This document shows positions 27,277 through 37,779 of a DNA stretch of 64,000 bases, in pieces. The stretch is from positions 5,508-69,507 of the forward strand of contig CAUJCN010000002.1 in NCBI GenBank assembly GCA_963169855.1. The letters are read 5' to 3'. Made by a program: the position numbers and the translations under genes. The stretch is from Patescibacteria group bacterium. GTDB lineage: Bacteria; Patescibacteriota; Dojkabacteria; J137. Every line of letters starts with the position of its first letter. Position 1 is the stretch's first letter. The notes below the pieces were generated by a model, which searched no databases, was not told where the DNA came from, and was given only the letters and a program-made list of their open reading frames with translations.

Positions 27277-29667
27277 TTATAGAACTATATTTAGAATTTT
27301 ACCTTTAACGTAAACTATCTTCTTAGGTTCATTAGTAATGTATTTTGAAAGTCTTTCATCGGCTTTAACTAGGTTCATAGCTTCTTCTTCAGAGGCTTCA
27401 GGATTCACTACAACTAGTCCTCTACTCTTTCCATTAAACTGAACTGCTAGATTTACATCTTCTCTCAAGATTTTACTTTCATCGACTATCGGCCATGATT
27501 GTAAGTGTATAGACTCGCTGTGTCCAAAACTACTCCAAAGTTCTTCTGTAATAAATGGTGCGTATGGAGCAAGTAGTTTTAAGAAAATTTCAAACACGGA
27601 TTTTGATAAACTGGTTTCTTTTGCAGCGAAGTTTACAAATTCCATGAACTTAGCAATCGCTGTATTGAAGGCAAGACTTTCAGTATCTTTTTCAATTTTG
27701 CTTATTAGTTTATTAATTTCAGCTTCCTGTTTGGATGATTCGACATTATCCTGAACCTTTGCAGAAAGATCCCAAACTCTTGTTAAGAATCTAAATACTC
27801 CACTTTCTGAACTATCGTTCCATGGTTTTGGTTCTTCCAATGGTCCCATGAACATTTCGTACATTCTTACTGTATCTGCACTATATTTTTCTACTTCGTC
27901 GTTTGGATTAATCACGTTTCCCCATCGTTTGCTCATCTTTCTTCCATCTGGACCGGAAATAATTCCCATATGTCTAAGCTTTGCAAAAGGTTCATCGAAA
28001 GTTAAATATCCTTCGTCGAATAAGAATTTTGTAAAGAATCTAGCATACATTAAGTGAAGAACTGTGTGTTCAGCACCAATCATGTATAGATCTGCAGGAT
28101 TCCAGTAGTTTACATTTTCTTTTGTGAAGATTTCGTTGTCGTTACCGTTATCTGCATATCTTAAGAAATACCAGCTTGAGTCTACAAATGTATCCATTGT
28201 ATCTGGCTCAAAATACCAACCTTTTCCGTACTTTTCTTCAGCAAGTTTCTTAAATGACTCAGAGCCTTTGATTGGAGATTCACCTGTTGGCTTAAAGTCT
28301 ACATCTGTTGGTAATACTAATGGTAAATCCTTCTCGTCCATTGCATGAGGATTTCCTTCTGGATCATAAACAACTGGAATTGGGCATCCCCAGTATCTTT
28401 GTCTAGAAACTAACCAATCTCTTAATCTAAATGTAGTTTTTCTGAATCCAATTCCTTGTTCTTCAACCCAAGATTGCATTTTAGAAGTAGCTTCTTCTGA
28501 TGTTAATCCTGTAAATTCTCCAGAGTTGATTAAAGTCCCGTACTCTGTGAGCCGTTCGTTATCTTTCTTATTCTCTGCGGTAATAACTTCAATATTATTA
28601 ATTCCGTATTTTTCTGCGAACTCGCCGTCTCTTTCGTCGTGTGCTGGTACAGCCATAATTGCACCAGTTCCATAAGTATTTAGAACATAGTCTGCAACAA
28701 ACACTGGTATTTCCTCGTTGTTGAAAGGATTAACTGCTTTCACACCTTTGATTTCAACACCAGTTTTATCTTTCTGTGATTGTCTTTCTAATTCAGTTTT
28801 ATTTCTTGCGTTTTCTATATATGATTCAACTTCTTGAAGATTTGAAATTTGAGGTTTGAGATTTTGAATGATTTTATGTTCAGGTGCAACAACCAAGAAC
28901 GTACAACCAAAGATAGTATCTATTCTGGTAGTAAATATTTCAATTTGAGATTCGGAATTTGAGATCGGAAACTTAACATTTGTTCCCTCGCTTTGGCCAA
29001 TCCAGTGTCTTTGCACTGCTTTTGTACTTTCTGGCCAATCAACTCTATCTAAATCTTTAACTAAGCGTTCGGCATAGTCAGTAATTTTAAAGAACCATTG
29101 GTACATATCTTTCTTTTCTACCAATGTATCGCATCTTTCGCATCTACCATCTATTACTTGTTCTGCAGCTAAGACAGTCTGATCTTTAGGACACCAATTT
29201 ACAGGTGCGTTCTTTTTGTAAGCTAATCCTTTTTTGTACAATTGTAAGAAAATCCATTGAGTCCATTTATAGTAATCTGGTCTGTGTGCTCCTAGCTCTA
29301 AATTCCAGTCAACAGAGATTCCTAGTCTCTTAATCTGCTCTATGAAGTTCTTAACTGCTTTTTCTGTACTTTCTTGAGGGGGTACGCCAGTTTTAATTGC
29401 ATAATTTTCTGCAGGCAGTCCAAAAGAGTCCCAGCCCATAGGAATTAAAACGTTCTTTCCTTTCATTCGATTGTATCGTGCAGCAATATCGTTTGCTACC
29501 ATACCTTCTGCGTGACCAACGTGTAATCCATCTCCACTTGGGTAAGGAAACGAATAAAGTGAGTAGAATTTCTCTTTCCCAGATTCCTTTTTTGTTGTAT
29601 TCAGGTTTGTTTCTTCCCAATTCTTAATCCATTTATTTTCGATGTCTTTTGGCGTGTACCTGTTCAT
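27277..29667 (-). CDS. leuS: Leucyl-tRNA synthetase, canonical, with CP1 editing domain
   Basis: 796 aa with HVGH (HIGH) and KMSKR (KMSKS) motifs. The editing domain is marked by TTRIDTIFGCTFLVVAPEH and GTGAIMAVPAHDERDGEFA. No T-box lies upstream (only a 48-nt IGR after a terminator). Confidence 0.95.
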   Translation of the reverse strand: MNRYTPKDIENKWIKNWEETNLNTTKKESGKEKFYSLYSFPYPSGDGLHVGHAEGMVANDIAARYNRMKGKNVLIPMGWDSFGLPAENYAIKTGVPPQESTEKAVKNFIEQIKRLGISVDWNLELGAHRPDYYKWTQWIFLQLYKKGLAYKKNAPVNWCPKDQTVLAAEQVIDGRCERCDTLVEKKDMYQWFFKITDYAERLVKDLDRVDWPESTKAVQRHWIGQSEGTNVKFPISNSESQIEIFTTRIDTIFGCTFLVVAPEHKIIQNLKPQISNLQEVESYIENARNKTELERQSQKDKTGVEIKGVKAVNPFNNEEIPVFVADYVLNTYGTGAIMAVPAHDERDGEFAEKYGINNIEVITAENKKDNERLTEYGTLINSGEFTGLTSEEATSKMQSWVEEQGIGFRKTTFRLRDWLVSRQRYWGCPIPVVYDPEGNPHAMDEKDLPLVLPTDVDFKPTGESPIKGSESFKKLAEEKYGKGWYFEPDTMDTFVDSSWYFLRYADNGNDNEIFTKENVNYWNPADLYMIGAEHTVLHLMYARFFTKFLFDEGYLTFDEPFAKLRHMGIISGPDGRKMSKRWGNVINPNDEVEKYSADTVRMYEMFMGPLEEPKPWNDSSESGVFRFLTRVWDLSAKVQDNVESSKQEAEINKLISKIEKDTESLAFNTAIAKFMEFVNFAAKETSLSKSVFEIFLKLLAPYAPFITEELWSSFGHSESIHLQSWPIVDESKILREDVNLAVQFNGKSRGLVVVNPEASEEEAMNLVKADERLSKYITNEPKKIVYVKGKILNIVL

Positions 29668-29715
29668 ATAGAAATAGTGATAATTACCAGTAATGATAAC
29701 ACTTTCGGGCTATAG

Positions 29716-29743
29716 AAAAAACACGGGATTTAGTTATCCCGTG
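29716..29743 (-). terminator. Rho-independent terminator after the 29749-30441 gene
   Basis: Minus strand reads cacggga-taactaaa-tcccgtg followed by TTTTTT. Confidence 0.55.
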
Positions 29744-29748
29744 CTCAA

Positions 29749-30441
29749 TTACATATCTACAGATTCCTCTTCGTAATGCATGCTTACACCAGAATTTGAG
29801 CTCAAGTCAAACTGTACAAGTTCCTTCGCTCCAAAACCACCGTCTCCACCCATACACTCAACTGTTATGTGTGGATTTGAGTTAAGTTCAACCACTCTGT
29901 TACAAATTCCGTAAGGTAAAACGTATTCTGTTTGGTAGTAAGCTTGTTCAAAATCTCCACCATCCATAAATCCAACCCCGTAACCTACTGGAACAACGCA
30001 GTTCTCTAGACAAGATACATAGACATAAAATTGTGAAGAAATTACACTTTCAGGTGCATTTGTTTCGCATTTCATTAAGCCTCGAACTGTCTGACCAGCA
30101 AATCCTGCTTCAATAATTAAATCTTGAGCCATTGAGTCTAGTGCCAAAACTTGATTGTCGTTGTTTACATAATCATCGTTTTCGTAGCTTTGAGTATAGA
30201 AATCTCCGCAAGCAACTGTGTATCTAGCGAATACGTTTTCATCAGGAACCTCATCACCAGAATTGTTATCGTTTGGAGTTTCGTCGTTGGAGGTATCGTT
30301 ATTGTCTCTATCAACTTCAACTATAACTTCCTTAACCATTGGGAATAACCTTGCTCCAAAGAAGACTCCTAAGAAGAAAAGGAATAGTCCAATAAATACA
30401 GCGAGGATAACTCGAAGAACCTTAACTAGAGTTGGATTCAT
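29749..30441 (-). CDS. Hypothetical secreted protein with signal anchor and D/N-rich segment
   Basis: The ORF-table start (30489) is TTG; the ATG at 30441 (MNPTLVKVLRVILAVFIGLFLFF...) is likelier. Cys-containing C-terminal domain. Confidence 0.5.
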   Translation of the reverse strand: MNPTLVKVLRVILAVFIGLFLFFLGVFFGARLFPMVKEVIVEVDRDNNDTSNDETPNDNNSGDEVPDENVFARYTVACGDFYTQSYENDDYVNNDNQVLALDSMAQDLIIEAGFAGQTVRGLMKCETNAPESVISSQFYVYVSCLENCVVPVGYGVGFMDGGDFEQAYYQTEYVLPYGICNRVVELNSNPHITVECMGGDGGFGAKELVQFDLSSNSGVSMHYEEESVDM

Positions 30442-30479
30442 AGAATGTAAATAATAATTATAAAGTGATTGGACATGTA

Positions 30480-30710
30480 CTATCTGCAAATTCCCAGTGG
30501 ATCTTCGCTAGGTTTCATTCCTTGCTCTGCGATTCCATAACAATAACTAGATTTGAACGAGGATTGGAACGTTGAATTATTCCACAAAACTACTGCTGTA
30601 ATAATAAAGCAACAGAAACAAAGCATGCAAAGTAAAAGCATTCCTGTGATTAATCCAAGAAAGAATTTTCCATTCATTAATTTTGAGATAATAAGTATAT
30701 CTAGTATCAT
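30480..30710 (-). CDS. Small Cys-rich membrane protein (76 aa), doubtful
   Basis: ATG start with two hydrophobic segments and no homology recognised. Confidence 0.25.
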   Translation of the reverse strand: MILDILIISKLMNGKFFLGLITGMLLLCMLCFCCFIITAVVLWNNSTFQSSFKSSYCYGIAEQGMKPSEDPLGICR

Positions 30711-30778
30711 TATACTGAAAATTAAAACTAATATCTAAATTCAGATCTCGAAAATTTTGAACAACAATTTATAATTTT

Positions 30779-32074
30779 ATGTTTAAATGTACAAACTGCA
30801 GTAAAGAATACTCAAAGTGGCAAGGTAGATGCGATGCATGTCAGGAATGGGGAACTATTCAAGAATCTTCTTCAAAGTCCGAAAGTAGTGTTGTTAGATC
30901 AAGAGGAAAGAAAGAAACTAAAGTAACTAGAGAAATTAAAAGATTCGAATTTAAAGAAGGAAGTTTCGAATCAATTCAAACTGGAATAGCCGAATTGGAT
31001 AATTCATTAGGAGGCAGACTCGTTCGTGGCCAAGTTCTTCTTCTATCTGGTTCACCTGGAATTGGAAAATCAACGTTGTCTTCTCAACTTGCGGATAAAC
31101 TTTCTGAGCAAAAATATAACGTTACTTACATTTGTGGAGAAGAATCTCCTGAACAGATTTACCAAAGGCTTAAAAGACTAAAGCTAAAAGCAACCAACGT
31201 CGACTTCATTCAGGAATACGAGATTAACCATATTTCGAGTTACATTGAAGAAAACAAAGACAAGATTGATGTTCTAATTGTCGATTCGATTCAAACAGTT
31301 TACAGCGAAGGACTGACTTCGATGCAAGGATCAGTTTCTCAAGTTAGTGAGTGTACAAGCATGCTTACTAATCTTTCGAAAGCTTTTGGAATTACTACAG
31401 TAATCATTGGACACGTCACAAAGTCTGGGGAAATCGCTGGACCAAAGTTGCTAGAACACATTGTAGACACTGTAATGTATTTCGAAGGTGATAAAACTTC
31501 AGATTTAAGAATTCTAAAAGTAGAGAAAAATAGATTTGGTCCAACAGACGAAGTTGGTCTTTTCCAAATGACTGAAAATGGACTAAAAGAATTAATGGAT
31601 ACTAAAGATTTGTTCAGTAAAGACAAGCCAGAAAGCGAGGGTTCAGCTTATTCAATGGTTTTAGAAGGTAACAGAGCTTTTGTTATCGAAGTACAAGCAT
31701 TAGCTACAAAAACATATTTCAGTAATCCAAGAAGAGCATGTTCAGGATACGATTTAAACAGACTATATATTCTTTTGGCGGTGATCGATAAGAATCTGCG
31801 ATTAACTACTGGTGAATATGATATTTACGTAAATATTACTGGAGGATTAAAAACTTCCGACAGAGCTTTAGACTTGGCTATTATCAAAGCCATTGTTTCT
31901 TCAATCAAAAGTCAGAAAATCAAAAATGATACAGTAACTTTTGGAGAAGTTGGACTCACAGGAGAAATTAGAAAAGTATTACTGCAAGATAAGCGAGAAA
32001 AAGAAGCAAAGAGAATGGGATTTGCAAAGATTGAAACAATGAAAAATGTTAAGAAGTTGAGCGATATTCTTTAG
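30779..32074 (+). CDS. radA: DNA repair protein RadA/Sms
   Basis: N-terminal C4 zinc finger (CTNCSKEYSKWQGRCDACQEW), Walker A GSPGIGKST, KNRFG motif and a Lon-like C-terminal domain. Confidence 0.9.
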   Translation: MFKCTNCSKEYSKWQGRCDACQEWGTIQESSSKSESSVVRSRGKKETKVTREIKRFEFKEGSFESIQTGIAELDNSLGGRLVRGQVLLLSGSPGIGKSTLSSQLADKLSEQKYNVTYICGEESPEQIYQRLKRLKLKATNVDFIQEYEINHISSYIEENKDKIDVLIVDSIQTVYSEGLTSMQGSVSQVSECTSMLTNLSKAFGITTVIIGHVTKSGEIAGPKLLEHIVDTVMYFEGDKTSDLRILKVEKNRFGPTDEVGLFQMTENGLKELMDTKDLFSKDKPESEGSAYSMVLEGNRAFVIEVQALATKTYFSNPRRACSGYDLNRLYILLAVIDKNLRLTTGEYDIYVNITGGLKTSDRALDLAIIKAIVSSIKSQKIKNDTVTFGEVGLTGEIRKVLLQDKREKEAKRMGFAKIETMKNVKKLSDIL

Positions 32075-32129
32075 TCAAATTGTCATATTGAGCTTGTCGA
32101 AATATGAACTCACCATGACAGCAGTTGAT

Positions 32130-32834
32130 TTACTCCAGTGAGATTCCTTTGTTTGTAGCAAAATTTCGTAGCTCTGTCATAAGGCTTCTAACTCTGTAAC
32201 CCCACTGATGACATTCAGGATCTGGTCCACAGAAGACTCTTTCCATTAAAGCTGGTTCTAACATGTAACGAATTCCGTATTGTTGAACCAAAACACGAGT
32301 AACTGTAAAAATACCTTCTCCAATATCGTTAAAGTGAACTCTGTATTCTCCACCACCACCCCAGCCCCAGCAATTATTCATTTCGTAAGAATTTGGATAT
32401 TTGCACAAATCTGTTTCGTGTTTTGCAATTGCAACCACAGTTACACATTCTCTTGGAGCACCATACGCATCGCATGCGGCTGCAAAAAGATCTCCTGTTC
32501 CATACAATGGTGAATTGTTTTCTTGAAAATACAAATCAAAAAGGTAGCCTCTTCTGTCAGACAAAGTAGAAGCCGAGTTAAATTGATAGTTCTGATCGTC
32601 AAATTTGTTTAACTTAGGAGCTTCTGATGTAACTGTGTAAGAAACAAAATTGTATTCTGATTCCGTCGAAATATCTGCCTGTACAATTCCAATGCTTCCT
32701 TTGCCGTAACTAATTAATAGCAAAAAAGTAACTGCGAGAGTTAGTAGGAAAACAGGAAAGACAATCTTAATCAATAATCCAGTTATGTTCCTGTTTGAAG
32801 AGAATTTAGTTTTATATGCCCGTACTTCAGCCAT
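32130..32834 (-). CDS. Hypothetical membrane-anchored secreted protein (possibly lysozyme-like)
   Basis: N-terminal TM segment. VVAIAKHETD...NNCWGWGGGG is faintly reminiscent of lysozyme-like folds; this is weak. Confidence 0.45.
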   Translation of the reverse strand: MAEVRAYKTKFSSNRNITGLLIKIVFPVFLLTLAVTFLLLISYGKGSIGIVQADISTESEYNFVSYTVTSEAPKLNKFDDQNYQFNSASTLSDRRGYLFDLYFQENNSPLYGTGDLFAAACDAYGAPRECVTVVAIAKHETDLCKYPNSYEMNNCWGWGGGGEYRVHFNDIGEGIFTVTRVLVQQYGIRYMLEPALMERVFCGPDPECHQWGYRVRSLMTELRNFATNKGISLE

Positions 32835-32871
32835 TGGTTAAAAAAGTGCTATACAATACAGGATAAACTAA

Positions 32872-34317
32872 TCAGTCAATGTTTGTAAACTGCTTAGCAG
32901 CTTGGAAGATTTTCGATTCTGAGAATTTACTACCAATAAGCTGAATTCCTACAGGTAATCCATTCGAATCATTTCCAACTGGGATGCTTAAAGCAGGGTT
33001 ACCTGTAATATTAGCAGTAACTGTAAATATATCTACTAGATACATTTGCACAGGATCATCCATTTTCTCACCCAATTTGAATGCCGAAACTGGTGAAACT
33101 GGAGATAAGATGAAATCAAATTTACCCAAAACTTCTTCGAATTCTTTTGCTATCTTAGCTCGGACTAAACTTGCTTGTTTGTAATATTTATCGGAATAAC
33201 CTTTACTTAAAGCATAAGTTCCAACAAGGATTCTTCGCTTAACTTCATCTTCAAAGTACCTACTTCTTGATCCAAATAAGTTTTCTTCGTAATTATCGGA
33301 AACCTTTTTTCCGTATCTAACTCCATCATATCTTGCTCTGTTCGAAGAAATTTCTGCTGGGACAAGAATGTAATAGACAGCAAGTGCATGTTTAGCTGAT
33401 GGCAATGAGCACTCTTCTAATTCAAAGTTTGGATTCTTTCTTAATTTTTCAATAAATGCGTCCAATTGTGACTTAACATCAGCGGAAATGTCCTCAGTAA
33501 AAAACTCCTTTGGGATAGCAATTTTAATCTTTTGATCTTTGAGTTTTGAATTTTCTGAAGTTTTGTATAAAACTTCAGCAGTTGTAGCATCGTTCACATC
33601 TTTTCCAGCCATTATTTCTTCTAAAACTTCCATGTCCTCAATAATTCTTGTAAAGAATCCAGGTGTATCGAATGAAGAACCCATAGCGCCAATTCCAAAT
33701 CTAGAATTTCTTCCATATGTTGGTTTAAGACCATACAATCCGCAGAAAGATGCTGGTAATCTCACTGATCCTCCAGTGTCAGTTCCTAAAGCAAAAAATC
33801 CAACTCCAGCTAGTAATGATGCTGCTGAACCCGAGCTTGAGCCTCCTGGTGTTCTTGTAAAGTCCATAGGATGCTTAGTAGCTCCGTATCCAGAATTCTC
33901 CCCGCTTCCTCCAAATCCCCAAGGATCTGAGTTACATTTCCCAACCAGAATAGCACCTTCATTTAAGCATTTTTGAGCCACAGTCGATGTGTATGGTGCG
34001 ACAAAGTCCTCCATAAACTTAGATGAGAAAGTTGTTCTTGTTCCTTCAACCAAATATAAATCCTTAACAGTGAAAGGAATTCCTAATAATTTCTTACTCA
34101 TTACTTCGGGATCCTTAGTTTCAATCTTTCTATCTAATTCTTCAGCTTGTGCAATTGCATCATCCAAGATTGTTATAAATGCATTAATTTGTGGGTTAAT
34201 TGAATGTGCTCTTTCTAGATGTTCTCTTACCAATTCTACAACTTTTATCTCTCCTGACTTAACTTTTTCAACTGTTTCCAGCATTCCCGGGATTGTAGGT
34301 ATTTCTAATGAATTCAT
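32872..34317 (-). CDS. gatA: Glutamyl/aspartyl-tRNA amidotransferase subunit A (amidase signature family)
   Basis: Amidase signature GGSSSGSAASLLAGVGFFALGTDTGGSVRLPASFCG. Confidence 0.9.
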   Translation of the reverse strand: MNSLEIPTIPGMLETVEKVKSGEIKVVELVREHLERAHSINPQINAFITILDDAIAQAEELDRKIETKDPEVMSKKLLGIPFTVKDLYLVEGTRTTFSSKFMEDFVAPYTSTVAQKCLNEGAILVGKCNSDPWGFGGSGENSGYGATKHPMDFTRTPGGSSSGSAASLLAGVGFFALGTDTGGSVRLPASFCGLYGLKPTYGRNSRFGIGAMGSSFDTPGFFTRIIEDMEVLEEIMAGKDVNDATTAEVLYKTSENSKLKDQKIKIAIPKEFFTEDISADVKSQLDAFIEKLRKNPNFELEECSLPSAKHALAVYYILVPAEISSNRARYDGVRYGKKVSDNYEENLFGSRSRYFEDEVKRRILVGTYALSKGYSDKYYKQASLVRAKIAKEFEEVLGKFDFILSPVSPVSAFKLGEKMDDPVQMYLVDIFTVTANITGNPALSIPVGNDSNGLPVGIQLIGSKFSESKIFQAAKQFTNID

Positions 34318-34319
34318 AA

Positions 34320-35171
34320 TTATGTATCTATGTATACTCCTTTATCATAACATCCTATCACTCTAAAATCTTTAGCGTATGTTTTCATTTCTTCTAAAGC
34401 CTCCTGCATTTCCTTACTATTAACGTCACCTCTTATATCCATATAGAATGTAAATTCCCAGTGTGTATTAATAATTGGACGACTTTCTATTTTCACTAAA
34501 GCTAAATCTCTATTAGCAAAAGCTCCTAAGCACTTATATAAACTTCCTGACTCTTCACCAAGTTGAAACTGAATTGTTGTCTTAGGTTTTTCAAACTGAA
34601 TTGATTTATCCAACGAAGCTTTAGCATAGTTGGACTTTCGTAAAGCGAAGAATCTAGTGTAGTTATTTTTATTTTCATGAATGTCTTCTTGGAGAATTTT
34701 CATTCCATAGATGTTAGCTGCAAACTTACTTGCAACTGCTGCCTTACTATTAACCTTAGAATCTTTTACCATTTTTACAGCACCTGCAGTATCTGGAAAT
34801 TCAATAGCTTTTATTTGTCTATTTTCTTCTAGAAACTTTGAAATCTGTCCTAACCCAACTGGATGAGAATACAACTCAGCTATATCTTCAAATTTACTTT
34901 CTGGTTGCCCAATTAAATGAAATTTAATCTTTAGATAAATTTCCTTAAATACTTCAAAGTCATTAGATCCTAGTAAATCATAATTCTGGAAAATTGAACC
35001 GTATGTTGAGTTCTCAATTGGAATAACAATAATCTCGGTTCGGTCGTTGCGTAAATCATCAAAGACTTCTTTGAAAGAGTCTCGTTCAATAAGTTCAATT
35101 CCAGAACCGAATAGAGTTGTCGATGCAATGTGGGAAAAAGAACCAATGTTACCTTGAATTGAGACTTTCAT
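34320..35171 (-). CDS. pheA: Prephenate dehydratase (PDT plus ACT domains)
   Basis: NYTRFF (TRF motif) and KIESRP (ESRP motif), with an ACT-like C-terminus. Confidence 0.8.
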   Translation of the reverse strand: MKVSIQGNIGSFSHIASTTLFGSGIELIERDSFKEVFDDLRNDRTEIIVIPIENSTYGSIFQNYDLLGSNDFEVFKEIYLKIKFHLIGQPESKFEDIAELYSHPVGLGQISKFLEENRQIKAIEFPDTAGAVKMVKDSKVNSKAAVASKFAANIYGMKILQEDIHENKNNYTRFFALRKSNYAKASLDKSIQFEKPKTTIQFQLGEESGSLYKCLGAFANRDLALVKIESRPIINTHWEFTFYMDIRGDVNSKEMQEALEEMKTYAKDFRVIGCYDKGVYIDT

Positions 35172-35175
35172 GAAT

Positions 35176-36498
35176 CTATGGTCTCTTCAAAATTGTTGTT
35201 CTTGGGAATGGAATTGTTTCTCTAATATGGTGAACACCAGATAACCACCTAACCATTCTTTCTAAACCTAAACCGTATCCTGCATGAGGAACGCTTCCGA
35301 ACTTTCGAACGTTTAAATACCATTCGTAGTCTTCCAATTTATAACCTCTATTTACTAATTCAGAGTATAGAGTCTGATAATCGTCTTCTCTTTGACTTCC
35401 ACCAATAATTTCTCTAGCCTCCTCTGGAGCAATTAAGTCCGCATTCCTAGCTCTTTCCATGCCTCTTTCATCTGTGTATCGCTTCATATAGAAAGCTTTT
35501 ACAGCAAATGGATAGTCTTCAATAAACACTGGGATTTGGTAATGATTTCCAATAGCGATTTCTTCCTCAGTTGTCATGTCATCGTTGTAATCTACAGTCA
35601 TTCCTTTCTCAGTTTCTAGGAATTTCTTTGCATCGTAATGCTTCATTCTAATAAATTTTTCATTTACACATCTTTCTAATATTGCTGTATCTCTTTCTAA
35701 TACCTTAAGTTCTTCTTTGCAGTTTTCTAGTGTATCTTTAATGATTCTTTTTACCATTCTTTCCTGAACGTCTTCGTTCATATCTTGATCGTAAAATGCC
35801 ATTTCTGCATCCATCATCCAGAATTCCGACAAGTGGTTTCTAGTCTTACTCTTTTCAGCTCTGAAGACGGGACCAAAATCGTAAGCCTTCCCTAATCCCA
35901 TAATTCCAGCTTCTAAATAAAGCTGACCAGATTGAGTTAGGTACATTTTATCTTCGTAGTAATCTAGTTCAAAAAGCTGACTTGTATCTTCGGCACTTGT
36001 TGGTTGTAGAATAGGAGTATCGAATCTAACAAAGCCTTCTTCGTAGAAAAAGTTAGTAACACTTCTGAAAACCTGGTCTCTAATTCTCAATACTGCCCAA
36101 GGGGTCTTAGATCTTAGATACAAATCTCTATTTTCGAACAGAAAGTCTGGACCATGTTCCTTATTACCGATTGGATACTCAGGAGCAATGCTTAATGGGT
36201 GAATTTCTGTTACTTGAAGTTCAAATTGTTCGAACTTTGGGTGCTTCGATACAATTCCTGAGATTTGAACAGATGACTCTATAGTTAAGCTCTCTGCATG
36301 ATTCCAAGTTTCTTCTGATACCTTAGATTTTTCTACAACGGCTTGTGTAAATCCAGAACCATCTCTTAATTGAATAAAAGCAATCTTACCAGAAGATCTA
36401 CTATTAAAAACCCAAGCTTCAACATTCACATTACTATTAACTTTGTACGAAAGGTCTTTTATTTGAGTTTTTTCTGCTTCTGGTAATATGTTTGACAT
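35176..36498 (-). CDS. asnS: Asparaginyl-tRNA synthetase (class IIb)
   Basis: C-terminus IIGGSQREDD...EDYEWYLNVRKFGSVPHAGYGLGLERMV...IPFPRT closely parallels the E. coli AsnRS C-terminus. An N-terminal OB-fold anticodon-binding domain is present. Confidence 0.75.
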   Translation of the reverse strand: MSNILPEAEKTQIKDLSYKVNSNVNVEAWVFNSRSSGKIAFIQLRDGSGFTQAVVEKSKVSEETWNHAESLTIESSVQISGIVSKHPKFEQFELQVTEIHPLSIAPEYPIGNKEHGPDFLFENRDLYLRSKTPWAVLRIRDQVFRSVTNFFYEEGFVRFDTPILQPTSAEDTSQLFELDYYEDKMYLTQSGQLYLEAGIMGLGKAYDFGPVFRAEKSKTRNHLSEFWMMDAEMAFYDQDMNEDVQERMVKRIIKDTLENCKEELKVLERDTAILERCVNEKFIRMKHYDAKKFLETEKGMTVDYNDDMTTEEEIAIGNHYQIPVFIEDYPFAVKAFYMKRYTDERGMERARNADLIAPEEAREIIGGSQREDDYQTLYSELVNRGYKLEDYEWYLNVRKFGSVPHAGYGLGLERMVRWLSGVHHIRETIPFPRTTILKRP

Positions 36499-36540
36499 AG
36501 TTCTTATTTAATATAAATTATTTTATCACTTATAAATTCA

Positions 36541-36777
36541 TTAAAGAATCTCGAGTTCTAGACTTCCTCCGTTAGAATTTCTAATCATTACTTTATGAGG
36601 ATTTTCTTGCCTTAGTTGAGATAAAATATCCTCTTCCATCTCAGCAAGGTAATTTTCTGGTCGCTTCCTGTTGGAAATTGTATAGACATAGTTTTTATGT
36701 AATTGAGAGGATTTTACAGCGAAAAGGTTTATGTGTAAAGGATTAAGCTCCGTTGAAAACCGAGAAATCAGTTTCAC
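36541..36777 (-). CDS. Small hypothetical protein
   Basis: 78-aa ORF overlapping the upstream gene end by 35 nt; the true start may be internal. Confidence 0.3.
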   Translation of the reverse strand: MKLISRFSTELNPLHINLFAVKSSQLHKNYVYTISNRKRPENYLAEMEEDILSQLRQENPHKVMIRNSNGGSLELEIL

Positions 36778-37402
36778 TAAGTTTCTTTTTAACTAAATTC
36801 ATAAGTCTAGTTTTTTCTGATGAGTCCGTCATAGATTTAATTGCCTCAAAATATTGGTATAACTTTGGTCTATCGGTGTCTGGACTTCTTACAACGCTCA
36901 GTTTGTTAATCCAACCTTCTATTGTGCTTAGAAATTGGGTTGGAATTGCGCCCGAACCATCAGCATTAATATCACCTATAACAGTACTGACTATTCTTTC
37001 GGCATCTTTATTAATTCGGAAAAATGATGAGAAGATTCCACTCTTATATAAAGATAACCCTAATCTGAACTCGTCTTTCCAAGCGTCATCGACTAAATCA
37101 ATATCTATTCCAGCCATGTTCCAAATTTCTAATGTAATTTTAAGGAATTTTCTATACTGAAGAAACAAATTAACTATCGGATCACTTGAATCAGTGTTCT
37201 CTAACTTTCTAAGTTCTTTTTCCCATCCTTTTTCCTGATCGTGTTCTAACTGCTCAATTACTGCCTCAGTTCGTCTTACTTTAGCTTCGAGATCCTTTCT
37301 TATATGAGCCCACTCTTTGTGAGAAGTTGCGATAGACAAAACTAACAGTGGAAACTGTTCGTTTATCTCAAAAATTGTGGTTTTGTTCCTTATTGACTCC
37401 AA
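36743..37402 (-). CDS. Hypothetical protein (TTG start, coupled to the upstream YggT-like gene)
   Basis: 219 aa with no motif recognised. Confidence 0.45.
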   Translation of the reverse strand: MESIRNKTTIFEINEQFPLLVLSIATSHKEWAHIRKDLEAKVRRTEAVIEQLEHDQEKGWEKELRKLENTDSSDPIVNLFLQYRKFLKITLEIWNMAGIDIDLVDDAWKDEFRLGLSLYKSGIFSSFFRINKDAERIVSTVIGDINADGSGAIPTQFLSTIEGWINKLSVVRSPDTDRPKLYQYFEAIKSMTDSSEKTRLMNLVKKKLSETDFSVFNGA

Positions 37403-37732
37403 TTAATCTCTACCAAAAAAACTTAAAATTGATGATATTACGATTCCTAATACTCCAAATAAAGCTAGAGCTATTAGTGCAGCAGCATCAAAGAAACTTC
37501 CGTTGTAAGTTGTCGAAGGGAAAATACCTACGAAAGGTGCTACAAAGAAATCTGATGTTTGGTAAATCCAAGTAACAAATCCTGTATTTGCAACTCCTAA
37601 AAGTAGAAAAACGATTCTAACAGCGAGTAATAACATAATTAATCCGATTACTAGCCAAATCAAACTGCTGATCCTGCTTATTAATAATGAGAACGGATTG
37701 ATTCTCCTAACAATAACTGTTTTTTCTTCCAT
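37403..37732 (-). CDS. YggT-family small membrane protein (tentative)
   Basis: 109 aa with two TM helices and the size/topology of YggT/Ycf19. Confidence 0.4.
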   Translation of the reverse strand: MEEKTVIVRRINPFSLLISRISSLIWLVIGLIMLLLAVRIVFLLLGVANTGFVTWIYQTSDFFVAPFVGIFPSTTYNGSFFDAAALIALALFGVLGIVISSILSFFGRD

Positions 37733-37779
37733 AAGATATATTTAACAATTAGAGTACCTTTATAGGTATTCTACTATAA